DNA of 62,993 nucleotides, filler included, from Reticulomyxa filosa (taxonomy: Eukaryota; Protista; Foraminifera): NCBI GenBank assembly GCA_000512085.1. It is 17 parts of 17 records of this genome, joined end to end, with 100 filler letters (N's around TTAATTAATTAA, not from the genome) between each part and the next. Parts side by side here need not be neighbours in the genome. Positions count along the whole stretch, not along the records: positions 4,230 to 14,669 come from ASPP01013231.1; positions 14,770 to 21,073 come from ASPP01043442.1; positions 21,174 to 26,443 come from ASPP01006208.1; 14 more parts are not named here. One strand, given 5' to 3'. The notes beneath the pieces were generated by a model that made no database searches, was not told the origin of the DNA, and worked only from the letters and a program-made list of their open reading frames with translations. Made by a program: the position numbers and the translations under genes. Shown in pieces: positions 10,031 to 23,097 of this stretch. Numbering within the stretch: position 1 is the first letter of the stretch; each line of letters starts with the position of its first letter.

Positions 10031-12910
10031 TCACTCTTCGTCATCAGTTAAGTTGAGGTTATATTTCTTCAAATCAAATATCTTTTTTTGATCCGAATAT
10101 TTTTCCTCGCTCAATTCCACGGAAGTTTGTGTTTCCAAAAAGTCTTTATGTTGTGTTTTCAGTACAGCAATACTTTCATCAAAGGCAACACTAAACAGAT
10201 CCTGTTCTGCTCGCATTGCTGACAGTTGACGACGAATTTCTTCCACTTTGTTTATTTATTTATTTAATATTTGAAAAGCAAAGCAAAACAAAACAAACAA
10301 ATAAAAAAAGAACTGGTGTCTTTTTTGGAATGAACAGCTTTGTTCGGTAAATCGGTGCTAATATTGGAAACGTCATTAAACATTGGATGAGTGTGTTCCA
10401 ATTGTTGTTGAATGAATAACTCATCTTCACTGGATGCATTGGACGATGTGGAATGGGTGGCAACTGGAGCAGAAACGGAATTAGTAATGGATGGGATTTT
10501 TTTACTTTTACTTTTATCTGAAATGCCATCAGTAGGGGAAGAACAAGATTTTTCTCCGAGATTGACTTTCGACTTCGACGTGGCAGTGCCAGTCGATTTA
10601 TTATTACCCTTTGAGCTATTGTTGTGTGAAGAGATCGAGTTTTTACTTTCTATTCTTTGCTCTTCTTTTGTGGATGCCTTCAATTGCCGATGTGTTGTAT
10701 CCGTAACTGGCGCTTTGTAGTCCACATTTTTTTTGGAAGGTATTAAATTTTGTCTTTTGTCAATCTCTGTCGGCGTTGGTAGGCCTATTTTGTCCTTTGT
10801 CCCAACTTTGGACATTTGCGAGTTGAGGTTGCTACTATTGTTTCGTTTTTTACTTCCACTGTCAATCTTTGTCTCTATTTTTTTAATCTCTTTTTTTTTG
10901 TGGTGATTGCTGGCTCGCTTTTTCTTGTTTCTGGTTCATTTTCATTTTTATTTTCACCTTTGTTCCCATTTTCATTGCTATTTCCAATTTCGGTGTCATT
11001 TCCAGTATTCTCATTCTTTATGTCCTTCTTATCGCTGGCTATTACAGTCTTTGATAATGTTTACATTTATCATTGTTATTGCAATTGGATGTTCATCGAC
11101 ACAGATTTAAAAGACAAAAGATTGCAACAAAACATCTTTTCTTGGTGTTCTGCTCGAGGTCCTGACACTTCCACGGGTTCTGCTGTGATCTCTGACGGAC
11201 AATCGGAGCTCGGCATTATTCGATCTCGATTCACTTTTTTGAGAAATGTCCGGTGGATAGTTCCCGATTCGGCCTATTTCGCGAGGTCCGAGCTTCCGTT
11301 CCGCTTCTGTTTTATTTTGTTTTGTTTTGACTTGCTTTAATTTGTTTGTATGTTGCATTTCATATTATATACAATAGCACACAAAAGTAAACTTTTTTCT
11401 TGCTCCGATTCCGCTCTCATTCGTCTGCGAACGATAGTGGGTTCCTCTAAAAAAGACGCAGTAAAGTCAGTTGCTGATGGAGTCTGTTTGAATTCTGGAG
11501 GATTCCAGTCCGATCGACCAATGTCTCGTGGGCCTAATTTTTTGATTGGCTCTTCCAACTGCACTTTCGTTCGAGGAGTGGGATTGTGCTGCATGTAGTT
11601 TACTGCTTCCTATTTTGATTTTATTCTTATTATTGAAAAGATTGAACGAAATTAATCAATACAAAAATGTCATGTACGAATATACAAAGCGCACAAATAT
11701 ATTAACATCGAGCGGGACTACTTTTGGTTGCGTTTTTTTTTTGTCTTGCGCTTTGTTGTTCTTGCGTTCTTTACGAATTTTCTCGATTTCTTCTTGCAGT
11801 CCGGGTGGCATAGCAAAATCAGAGGCAGTCATTTTGCGCCATATTTGTGACCCTTTCACAAAAGTTCCGCGTTCTGAGGCAGTCTTTTTTTTTTTCCCCC
11901 ACCCCATCAGAGAAATAGGAGTAAGTAGAAGGGAGAAAAAGAAAAAAAAAAAAAAAGCAAAGATATAGCTCTCTCTGTTCTAGTGATCCCCCCTCCCCCC
12001 TTTCCCCCTTTTTTTTTTTTTGCTAATAACAAAAAAATATATATATGTATGTATAAACCCGGAAATAGCGCAGCCCCAAGTAATTTCCATCATGAGTGCC
12101 GACACTTGTGCCTAGCAATTCAATGCCATAAAGAATAACTTTGTCGAAAGGACGAGACGACTCTGTGGACGATGACGGTCTTTCTTTGTCTGCGTTGGAT
12201 TCCACAGAGAAGTGTACTGGCCCAACGTATCTGATCAATCCTTCTCGTTGGTCTCGCAACAAGACCATGTCTCCAGGCTTGTACTCGCTGTTCTCGCCAT
12301 CCCCTCTTTCTCCCTCTTCTTCTTCTCGTCGTCGTCTCTCGGCCGTGGTGGGATTGTTTGGCTTGCTATCACAGCTCGCCGGACTCGCAACCTCGATTTG
12401 AACGGGGGTTGTCGTTTCCGTGTCAATTTCCAACGATACAACTGGAGAATTGTCGTCATCTGCATCCGCGGCTTGAGATTGGCTGACGTTCTCTTCTTTG
12501 CTTTTTATTTTTTCGGGCTGCTTCAACTTTAATGGCTTTACATTTGTCTGGCTCGTTTCATTGTTACTGTTGGTACCATTGTTATTACTACTGCTATTAC
12601 TACTATCGTTGCTATTACTGTTGCTAATGGTCTTGTTTGTTGATACCACTTTGTCGCTTTTGTCGAGGTTTAATGCACTCATTGCTTTGACCTCCACCAC
12701 TGGAAAGGATAATACTGGGGAGGGCTTGTTGTTTCCATTGCAGTCCGTAGACGTGCTCTTGACTGCTAGTTTACAATTTGGTTCATCGCTTGCAGTTGTC
12801 ACTGACGAAGAAGAGGGGTCTTTCTTTGTTTTGTGAAACAAATTGCCTGTTTTTCGTGACAAATTACGGATATTGTTCACAAAAGATTGCGAAGATTTGA
12901 TCTCTGCCAT
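10031..12910 (-). CDS. CAP-Gly domain protein with long low-complexity linkers and C-terminal coiled coil (6 exons; one apparent 1-nt frameshift)
   Basis: YKPGDMVLLRDQREGLIRYVG...LYGIEL...GTHDGNYLGLRYFR|TASERGTFVK is a CAP-Gly split by an intron. Canonical GT-AG joins can be traced through to MEEIRRQL...DDEE*. The frame changes at the A9 run 10891-10899. Confidence 0.75.
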
Positions 12911-13667
12911 ATCAACACAACAATATGAGCTTCAAATTAAGGCACTATTTTACCTCACACAAAAAAAATTTTTCCTCGTACGCAACACCCCTTTGAACCT
13001 TTCAACTAAGCACGTTTTTTGTACCAGATAAACCGACAAACACAAACATATGCATTTTGACATAAAGAATCACTCCTAGCTTAATCATTTGCAAGGACTT
13101 ACCTTAAAGTAAAAAATTATACGCGTTCGTGTACCCTTCGGAAAAAAAATGATTAGTGAGGCGAAGGTACAAAGTGTAATACGAAAATTTTTTTTATTGT
13201 TTTAAGCAAATTCCGTAAAAGAATAAAAGATCAAACTTGAAAAAGAACAGGAACGAACAAATAAAGAGAATGAAGGGATTAGTTACAAAAACAAGTAAAA
13301 ATTTTTTGAAAGTAGTGGTTTTACCCTTTAGTGCGAGTTTCACAACGCTATAAGAGTATACAGTGAAGTCATGGACAAATTTTTTATTGAGAAGATCACA
13401 ATTAATATATTTGTTAAAATTTGATTGTGATATTTTAAGATGTGAAAATATTCACATTATTTCATTGAAGATTCTATTTTGAGTATATTTGAAAATTAAA
13501 AGTAATACAATACTTTGCCATAATTTTTCATTGCTTCTTATATTTAAAAAAGGAAACAAGCGAACAACAAAATTGACTGGACACTTCGTTTTGTAACCTG
13601 AAGTTTTCCTTTGTTAGTAACGTTGGCAGCGGCAAAAAAAACTCAGCGTTAACAAAAAACATAAGCA

Positions 13668-14632
13668 ATGAATTCCAATACACTGCGAGTGGAACTGCAC
13701 AGTTTGATCAAACAAGCTTCTCCAGAGCATTTGTATACAGCTCTTCACAGTTCTACGTCACCAATTCGAGATGCATTTTTCCGTTTCCTATCACTACTTT
13801 ACGTCGACTCAATAGTTTCACAGCACGATACAAATTTTGACATTATTCACAAGCAATGGAAGCTTGCCCTTGGTGTGTCAACACAGCCAAATTCAATTGA
13901 CGGTAATGATTTGCTTTTTTTTTTTTATCCTTATATATTGCAATTAAATATGTATAAGTATGTATATGCATATATGATGTGTTTCAAAGATAAAAACAAA
14001 TGAGAGGTGTCTTTTTTTTGATAGAAGAGGAGGTACGTATACTACAGTAATTTTTTTTGGGGGGGGGGAGGGGAGAAAAAGGGGGAAGAGGACGCGAGTG
14101 GGCAACAGAACTTCCAAAAAAGTTGCATTTACGCACACATATGGAAAAAAAAAATTTATATAAACAGATACAAATGGCGATAACAAAGGTGCGCTTCCAC
14201 GCAAAGAAGGTCAGAACGGTACAACAGCAATGGGACCAGCGAGCGCAACAAGCAACAATAATAATAATAATAATAACAGTCCAATCAACGGTGACATGTC
14301 TGGACGCAAAGAAGGGAATGGGAACCACGCATCGCCTGGGTCGGCTGTGAATATGAACGGAGCAAGTACAGACCTGTTGCAAATGAATGGCAATGGCAAA
14401 CATGTGCCAGCAAAAAGCGCAGAAGGCCATGGCAGTAGCAAAATGTTCAGTCCAAGAAATAGCCTTATTGCGTTTGAGCAACATGCGGCAGCCAACTCAA
14501 TGTTTCCAAAAGTGAACGCGAATCAAAATAATATGGGCTATTCCAACAACAATAGCAATAACGGTAAACCAGTGATAGTGACACAAATGATGATTATGCA
14601 TACATTTTTTGTTTGGTTTTTTTTTTTGCCCC

Positions 14633-14669
<37 letters not shown>
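13668..14669 (+). CDS. Hypothetical protein, 5' part, with Asn/Gly-rich low complexity
   Basis: ATG-initiated exon ending at a GGTAAT donor (~13902) and a further exon ~14167-14563 with poly-Asn. Truncated by the spacer. Confidence 0.55.
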
Positions 14670-14769
14670 NNNNNNNNNNNNNNNNNNNNNNNNNNNNNNN
14701 NNNNNNNNNNNNNTTAATTAATTAANNNNNNNNNNNNNNNNNNNNNNNNNNNNNNNNNNNNNNNNNNNN

Positions 14770-15087
14770 AAATAGAATATGATGAAATAATAAATAAATT
14801 AAAATATAAAAAAATTATCAATAGATAAGGATGTATCATTGTTAAATGGATATTCTTATATTTGTGTAAGCAATGATATTTATTTATTTGGAGGATATGA
14901 TATTGCCTCACGTCAAATCAGTGACTCTATTTTTAAATATTCTATTATCAATGATAAATGGACTACATTTTGTTTCAAATTGCCAATGCAATTGACAAAT
15001 GCTTTTGCATTATTTAGTCCAGATCAACAATGGATACATTTTTTTGGTGGATGTAGCTCAATTTATTCTCAGATGGAGCAAATTTAA
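14770..15087 (+). pseudogene. Kelch-repeat protein fragment
   Basis: YICVSNDIYLFGGYD...IFKYSIINDKW and WIHFFGG are Kelch GG/Y/W motifs. The frame ends early and no intact continuation was found. Confidence 0.65.
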
Positions 15088-16058
15088 ATTTATAAAGATG
15101 AGAAAAAAGTAAAAAAAGAATGAATCAATTATAATTCTGTCATAATCGAATGAGGAATGTTCTACAGTCAAAAGATTAGAATTACAATAAAACAGCGATT
15201 ACAATATAGCGCATTTGAAGGGGAAAAAAAAGGCATTGGTATTTTCCTCTCATTTCGTCCTAAATGTAATAAAACCCAAATATTCAGTTCTGAAACATTA
15301 TATTTTTGTTTTGGAAGCCAACAACTAGCGTAAACAAAAAAAATTTTAATGACATTTGCATTATAATTAATGTCATGCTGAAAATGCTTTCATCTTAAAA
15401 TGAATAATCTTTTTGTAGTCGAAAAATTTCCTTTATTAACTACATGATTATAACTTTCTGGAGCAACAAAGAGAATATTGTGGAAAAAAAAAATACGAGA
15501 GTGGAGAAGATGAGACGACTCGTTGATATCATATTATTCAAATACATTGAGGAATTTTTGTGCCATCAAAGTGTCAATATTTTTTGATAGTTTTTGAAGT
15601 TTAGTTGAATTTCAGTAAAAGAGACTTTTTTATAATAATGTGATTATAATACCTTCTTAATTTTCAAGGATTTGTTTCGTGCAATACCCTCTTTTGTAAC
15701 TTTTGTTCTTAGAGATCAGTAGACATAATGTCATTAACGTTATAATTAGTCTTTTTTATGTTGTTGCTACAGTTTTACTTTCAATACTTCCTTTTTTTCA
15801 AAAAAACAAGGTAAAATATTGTTATTTTTCAACACTTTATTTAAAATACAGCACTTTCTCTCAATAATTTGTAGATATTTTGAACGGATATTGATTTTTC
15901 ATGAAAATTTCATTTATTTATTGTCTTTTTTTATGATCGATTTTAATCAGTTATTGCAAAGAAAAAGCAGTGAAAATTATTTTTACTGTAACAATTACAA
16001 TATTTACAACTATGCTTGAAGCTTTTAAACAAGAGACATTAGTTTTTTATTTTTTGAA

Positions 16059-17941
16059 TTAGCTGTCAACATATTGTTGTATAATTTTCAATTCATTTTC
16101 ATTCTTTGCCATTCTTTGCGTTAAATATTTTCCTAATATTGGTGCATGTATTTTGAGTAAATTTAATCTTTCTTGTTCCACAAGTTCCTTGGCAAGCTTT
16201 TCTTGCGTCTGTATTTTTTCTTTTTCTTCTTTATTTATTTCTGTTTCTAATTCTCTCAATTTTCTCTTCTCTTCCATGACTTTTTCCACTTCTTTGCGAT
16301 ATTGCATTCGCTTTGCATGAGCTCTCTCCTTACTAAGCTGATCCAATCTCATATCTTGTTCAAATTTATCCAATAATTTCTGTTTACATGTATGAACAGT
16401 CACTATGCAACGACAAAGCAGAAAGTGAAAAAAATTAGAGAATAACGATAGCCTTTCCAACCTGTTTCAATGCATTTTCTTCCATTTTTTCTTGTTGTTT
16501 TTGCCAAGCCTTTTGTTTGATTTGTTCCATGTTTTCTTGTTTCATTTGCTCTTGTAACATCACCTTGTTCAGATGTTGCTGTCTTTGTTCTTGCATATAT
16601 TTCAATTGTTTTTCTTCTTCTGCCAATTCATTTAATAAATTTTCCATATCCTCTTGTTCCAATTTTTGCTTTTGTAAATCTTTTTTTACTTTTTCATAGA
16701 TCAGCTGATCTCGTTCCAGTTGAACCAGTTTTTTCTTTTCTATCTCAATCGTCCTCTCTTCTTGCATCTTATTCCACATTATTAATTTGCTCATTTCTTC
16801 TTGTTCACGTTGTTTTTCTTGAATCAAGCGCTGTAACATATAATTTAAAAACAAGAAAGTATGTGTTGGTTCTTTTTAAGGTAATATTTCAGCTGCAGAC
16901 TTTTTTTGTTAACTTTTTCTTTTTCAATGAAATAGTTATCAATAAATTGTTTTGCTTCATCTTTTTTCCGACGTTCATGCTGAGTCTTCTCTTCACGTTC
17001 TTTTGCAATCTATTGCAAATATGAATGAATAATTAAAAGATTGCAACCCTTTTTTTTCGAGGTTAACGGCAAACGTATTTAAAAAGATTTAAAAGCCATG
17101 AAACTTTTGCGACAATGTCATCAATCTGCTGCTTTTCAATTGAAAATTGCTGACATTCTTGAACTTTTTGCAACTCTTTTTCTCTTAGTTGTTTCTCAAG
17201 CAGTTGCTTTGTTTCGATGACTCTTTGTTGCCGATCCTTTTCCTGTTGCAATGCATTTTCCTCTGCTTTTTGCAGCTGCTGGTCCATTTTTCGTTTGTAT
17301 TCTTTTTCTTGTTGCTCGACTTGTAACTTTGACAGTTCCAGATTGGCCAATTGGTAAGATAGCTCTTTTTGTAAATATGCAGTTTTTAAATATCTTTCCA
17401 ATTCTTTTACTTCTTCACTTGTCGAACGAATTTTTTCAGACATGAATTGTTTCAATTCTTTTGCTCTTTGCTGTTTTTGAAGTTCCATTGCTATTTTTTT
17501 TTCTGCAAATATCACGAAACAAAAAATTTTTTTGGAAAAATTACTTTTGAAATAATATATTGGTTGCATACAAACCATCATCTTTTTCTTGTATTTTCAG
17601 TTTTTCCATTATTTCTTTTGTTTTTTGTTGCTGTAGGACGTTTTCGATTGCGCTGAGTTCTTGCGTTCGTCTCTGATCAAAAATAGAGTTCATAAAAAAG
17701 GAAGTCACTTTTGGATTGTATTGTACTTTAAAAATATGTTGTAAAATTAAAAAAAGCTTTTCATCAATAAAGCAAATACCGCTTGTCTCAATTGCTCTCC
17801 TCTTTTCTGACTTTCATTAAAAAAATTAGTGTGCAACATTTCTTTGTTTCTTTTTTTTATTCGATTGTGTTCCAGCTCTGTTTCCACTTGTTTGTGCATG
17901 CGCCTCTCAAAGGCACTTGTTGTTACATGCGGGACATGCAT
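16059..17941 (-). CDS. MNS1: Meiosis-specific nuclear structural protein 1 (TPH-domain ciliary coiled-coil protein), 6 exons
   Basis: IAMELQKQ...IRSTSEEVKELERYLKTAYLQKELSYQL, LLDKFEQDMRLDQL..RAHAKRMQYRKEVEKVMEEKR and EQERLNLLKIHAPILGKYL match recalled MNS1 motifs. All introns are GT-AG. Confidence 0.82.
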
Positions 17942-18590
17942 TGTAAGAGGACACAGTTTTTAAATAATGAAAAAGATGCACGTAAAATGTTTAGTTTTCG
18001 TTTTTTTAGCGATCTGAGTGAATTTATGAGCAAATGCCACTCTAAAACGTAATTCCTCACAATAACTTGTAAAAACGTAATAAAATGTATAAGTATGGCC
18101 AACAACTGGAAAATGTTGCAGAGACTTTCCTTTTTATTTTGTTACAAGGCTGGATATGCATTTTTTTGTGTTGTTCATTTTGAACAAAGGGAAAGTGATA
18201 TTTAAAATATCTTGTTCATAGTACTCACTGAGGAGATCATTTAAAACCAGTTTATTTAACGTTTTGTGATTCCATTCAATGATCTAAGAAAGCTGTTAGA
18301 GAGTTCTAAACTATTTTTTTTTTTCAGGATATTTTTCAATAATCATCTTCAGTTGTGAGTATGCTACAACTTTCAAGAAACGCTCAAATAATATTCAGAA
18401 ACATCAATATGACATATAAACACTTATTACATTTTTAAACGTAGTAAACAACGTATTTTTTACTTATAAAGAAACACCAGCAAAAAGCACAGCTAGTGGA
18501 GAAAAAGTTTGAGCAAAATTTTTTGTTTTTGCCCAAACGAATTTTTTTGTTTTGCGCCATTTCTGCAAATTTCTGGCCGATTCCAGAACA

Positions 18591-19439
18591 ATGACCTCAT
18601 CGACCTCTTCCAATGTTGATTCCAATGTTCCCAAAACCAATGATTCCACTCCACTTCTGTCGAAAAAGCAGAAACTGGTAGTGCTTGGGCTAGCATTGAC
18701 GATGCTTGGTCTTTACATTTTTTATCAAACGACACAACCCAAACGGTGAAGTTTGTTAAACAACAGAATACCAAAAATAAACACAAAGCAATAACAATAA
18801 AAAATAACAATGAATACTGAAAATACAATAAAAATGTCACATTCAGAGGTAAAGAGAGAACATTGGCTCTCATAAAACCTGATGCATTCGAGAGAAAAGA
18901 AGAAATCAAACAGCGTATACTCAAGGAAGGGTTTGTGATAATAGCTGAAAAGCGTGTTAATTTAACACCCGAACAAGCATCCCTCTTTTACGCTGAACAC
19001 TCACAGAAAAAGTTTTACAGCACTCTCATCCAATACATGACATCAGGTGATTTTTACATAAAAAAAAATGTACGTACAAAACGATTGATAATGTTTACTT
19101 AAGCAGTGTCTTGTTCTTCATACACACCCTGATACGATCGGTACAGGACAAATTCAGGTATTGGCATTGGAAAGTAAAGATGCTGTTAAGAAATGGCGCA
19201 GTTTGATGGGCCCAACGAATCCTATTGAGGCAAAACAAGTAGCTCCTAATAGTATTCGGGCACTTTTTGGTAAGCACTTGTTTCTCTGTGATTCTTGTTT
19301 TTTTCCAAAATCAACTTATAAAAAAAACATAGGTGGAGACAGTATTGAAACAAATGCAGTACATGGTAGTGATTCAGCAGAGTCTGCACGAAGAGAATTG
19401 GCATTCTTTTTTGATATTGCCTTTGATGATGACATGTAA
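18591..19439 (+). CDS. NDK: Nucleoside diphosphate kinase with N-terminal transmembrane anchor (4 exons)
   Basis: ERTLALIKPDA, YMTSG, MGPTN, SIRALFG and NAVHGSDS (catalytic His). Three GT-AG introns. Exon 1 encodes KKQKLVVLGLALTMLGLYIFY. Confidence 0.93.
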
Positions 19440-20081
19440 TACACTTGCACATCAAGTCTTGTATTTTTTATCAGAGCTGTTTTTATAAAAAAAATTTTTT
19501 TTTTCCTGTGGACGTTCCAAAACCTGACGGTTCTGATTGAAGACAAAATTACAATTTGTAAACTCACTTTCTTTGGCAAGTTTTGCTATGGTTTCCCTTG
19601 GTGTTAACTTTCTTCCCTCGTCTTCTTCACCAGGCTGACACCTCCTTGCTTCAATTTCAGTTTTTCATTAAGGTTGAATAACTACTCATCAAACTGATTT
19701 TTGCTAATTGAAAAGTGTCGTACGTAATATTTTTATTCAGCTGTACATACTCAACTTGAGACCAGGAAACAAAAACTCAGCATTCGAAACTGCTTTTTAT
19801 CAGAATTATATTGGTCATATTATCATTTTTATGACAGAATTATGCAAATTTGTTATTTATAAATTTGAAAAGTAAATTTGGTTGAATTACCTATTTCTGA
19901 TAAAAAGAAAAAAACGAAAGTAGAAAGACGAAAAGTAGCAAATTTTATGTTATCGGTTACTTTTGAATTGCAGGATCTAATGTTACACGGGATATTGCGT
20001 CGGTTGTCTTAAACATTCTCAATTTTTTCCGAGGAGGACAATATTTACTGGTGCCTTCCTGGGGTTCATTTTCGCTTTCGC

Positions 20082-21035
20082 TCAATTTGCGCTTTCGGCC
20101 TTGATGCTATCATCATTTGTGTATTTTTGTTGAGTTACCCAGTTTTGATCAAGGCGAATGGACCAAAAAAGTGTGCACAACAAAAGAAAATAGATTAATA
20201 CATCAGCACTATCATCGTTTGTGTTGGTTTGTTTCTTTTTTTTCTCTTCTTCTGGTACTACTTTGTTTTCTTTTTCTTTTTCTTTTTCTTTTTCTTTTTC
20301 TTTTTCTATTTCTTTCTCTTTCTCCTCTTTCTCCTCTTTCTCCTCTTTCTCCTTCTGCGTTAATCCTGGACTTGTATCAAGACAGGATAATTCTTTCAGC
20401 AAGCGATGAGAATCAGGTGTGAGGCCTTGAGAAGAGCTGTAGCTATCAGCTTGATTGCTTTCAGAGTTTTTCTATAACATCCATATAACCCAGAGATTTG
20501 TCCATTGTAGTGATCATTTTTTTGACGTCCACCACAACATATGCTTAACATAAACTAATTTTTTTTTTTGGGTGACACAGTATCGTATTTGTAGACTAAG
20601 ATATGTTGACAAATACCTCTTCATATTTGTTCTCGTTGTGATTTTCAGAGTTATTTGAAGAAGTCTTTGTGTGATGACCATTTTCTTTTGTGCGGGATGA
20701 CACAACCAAACAACAAAAAATTCATCTCACACATGCAAAAATAAACTAAAAAAAACTATTACCAACAGTAGCGATTCCACGCATCCATGGATGAGCTCTG
20801 ATTTGCTCGGCAGTAATACGTTGACATGGATTCTCTGACAGCAGTCGATAAATGAGATCTTTGGCCGAGTCCGCTATCTTTTCGTCGTACCACTTGAACG
20901 AGCGATGCTTTGCACTCCGAACCACGCAATCTGGACTCTCTCCAGGATTGGCAGCGACTAACATTACATACAATATTACACCCAAGCTCCAATAATCACT
21001 CAATTTTCCATCATACCCTTGCATAAAATTTCGAC
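20082..21035 (-). CDS. CAMK-group Ser/Thr kinase, C-terminal part with KE-rich tail (3' end approximate)
   Basis: GYDGKLSDYWSLGVILYVML and SAKDLIYRLLSENPCQRITAEQIRAHPW are subdomains IX-XI. The 5' part is beyond the contig end. Confidence 0.8.
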
Positions 21036-21261
21036 CTTTTGATACCTTTTTTTTTATTCTTTTTTTTTTTTTTNNNNNNNNNNNNNNNNNNNNNNNNNNN
21101 NNNNNNNNNNNNNNNNNTTAATTAATTAANNNNNNNNNNNNNNNNNNNNNNNNNNNNNNNNNNNNNNNNNNNNCCCCCCCCCTTGCTCCCTTCTTTTTTC
21201 TCTGAACTGAACTCAATAAAATAATAAAACTAAACCTAATGCACCCACAAACCAATTAAAG

Positions 21262-22425
21262 GTGGCAGCTCCAAATGAGGATGCAACAAACGACAAAGAG
21301 GAGAGCGAAGATGGCGGCGATGATGAACAGTTGCCTGGAGACGAAAGAGAGGGCCCAATGGCACTGAAAGCGGAGGAGTCCAACAAAAATGAAAATGCTT
21401 CTGAAGAAAAAGCCAAACCAGACAATGAAGAACAACCCAACTTGAAATATGCCCATTTGGACTTGTACTGGGAAAATTGTGGGACGATGGACTTGTCCAG
21501 CAAGGAAGCGAAGAAGGCATTGCTAAAATCCAGCGATGTGGAGAAATTAAACGAGAAACAGGCTTTGATACCTATCAATGCATCTACGTACGAAATCTTA
21601 GCACAAGGAATGAGGGATTACAGGAGCTATTTGATACGATGCAAAGCTCGTAATAAATCAGGATGGGGAGAATATGGGGTGCCACTTGAAATATTAACTG
21701 AAAAAATGGAAATAGACAGCAAGATATTGAAACCTGGTGAAAAAGAAATCTTGGTGAGCTGGCTACCCAAAAAATATCAAGGCCGAAAATTAAAGTTGCT
21801 TTTCAGAGCAAGCAAAAAAGCCTTTGCTAGTGCCGCCTTTCATGCCAAATGTGATAATAAAGGTTAATTTTGTTTGACGATTTTTTTTTTTTTGCAAAAC
21901 TTTAAATTGGACATTGGGTTTGTATGATGACGAAAATAAGGTCCCACTTTGACCGTTATTAAAGCCAAAAGTGGTAATGTCTTTGGTGGATTTACAACAG
22001 TTCCTTGGGGAATGAGCAATACTTATCGCTTTGATAAGCATGCATTTATCTTTTTATTACGCAAAAAAGAAAGTAAAAAAAAAAAAAAAGAAAAGACAAC
22101 AAAAAAGAAGAGACCAAAGGATGAACCTCCAGTAAAATGGAAAGCTACCAATACTTCCAATGCGGTTTATCATGGAAGTGCATATGGTCCAACGTTTGGT
22201 ATGTTTTTGCTTTTTTATCTTGTTTTGTTTTTTAAATACGAGAGGATATGCACGTCTTGTACAGGTGGAGGATTCGATTTTTACTTGTGCAGCAACTGCA
22301 ATACCACTGGTAGCAGTTATGCAAATGCAGGAAATTCATACGGTTGTCCACGAGATCAAAATTTGTTAGCTGGTACTTACAACTTTTTAGTGGCCGAATA
22401 TGAAGTATTTGAGCTCAAGAAATAA
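21262..22425 (+). CDS. Fibronectin type III + TLDc domain protein, 3' part
   Basis: FN3 tail YRSYLIRCKARNKSGWGEYG. TLDc motifs LLFRASK..FHAKCDNKG|PTLTVIK..GNVFGGFT..W, YGPTFG|GGFD and EYEVF. Two GT-AG introns. Confidence 0.9.
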
Positions 22426-23097
22426 TCTTCCCAAAGTGAAGAGGGTGATGTTCATGTTTTTGCACTTGTTTACTTTAAATTTCACTCCGTCTCTTCAACA
22501 TCAAGAACGCCCAATCATGCTGTCATTTTGTACACTTGTGACTTTGTGTTAATTTGGTGAATCATTTCTCTTGCAACAAATTTAGCCATTTCTTTACAAA
22601 GTCAGTTTAATTTTTTTTGTATCATCAACAGACAACGTTAATTTTTTAGACTATCTTTTTTTAGATAAACAAATAAGCGTTTGCGAAGGCAGTATTTCAT
22701 TGAATAAATGTCAGCTGGCTTCCATCAGCCAACAAACCATCCAATTTAACTAAAAAAGTACAATTTTTTGGGCCTACGTGGAAAAAGTTACAAAATAAAA
22801 TTTTTGCAAACTTTGGCATGATCCCCACAGCTCTTTCTGTATAGGAAATGAAAAAACATCAAGCATAAAGAAGTTTTTGGTGTAGGTTTTCACAAATAGA
22901 CACATGCTCTCATCCACTAAAACGCGATACAAGAGCTGACAAAGCAAATGTAGAGTATGACCAATTGAATTTTCTGATTTCTACACACAAAAAAGGGTTA
23001 GCAATTCAGGCACAAATGGAAAACCACTGCCTCAAACCATCAACCAAAATTCACACTTTTTCTTTTAAAAAATCCAAGCCAAACAAGCAAAAAAACA

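Noticed and set aside
10412-12836. Long antisense ORFs with Leu/Ser/Phe runs (also at 20117-20422, 34813-35040 and 47393-48134)
   Set aside because: They are shadows of low-complexity Asn/Lys/Glu coding sequence on the opposite strand.
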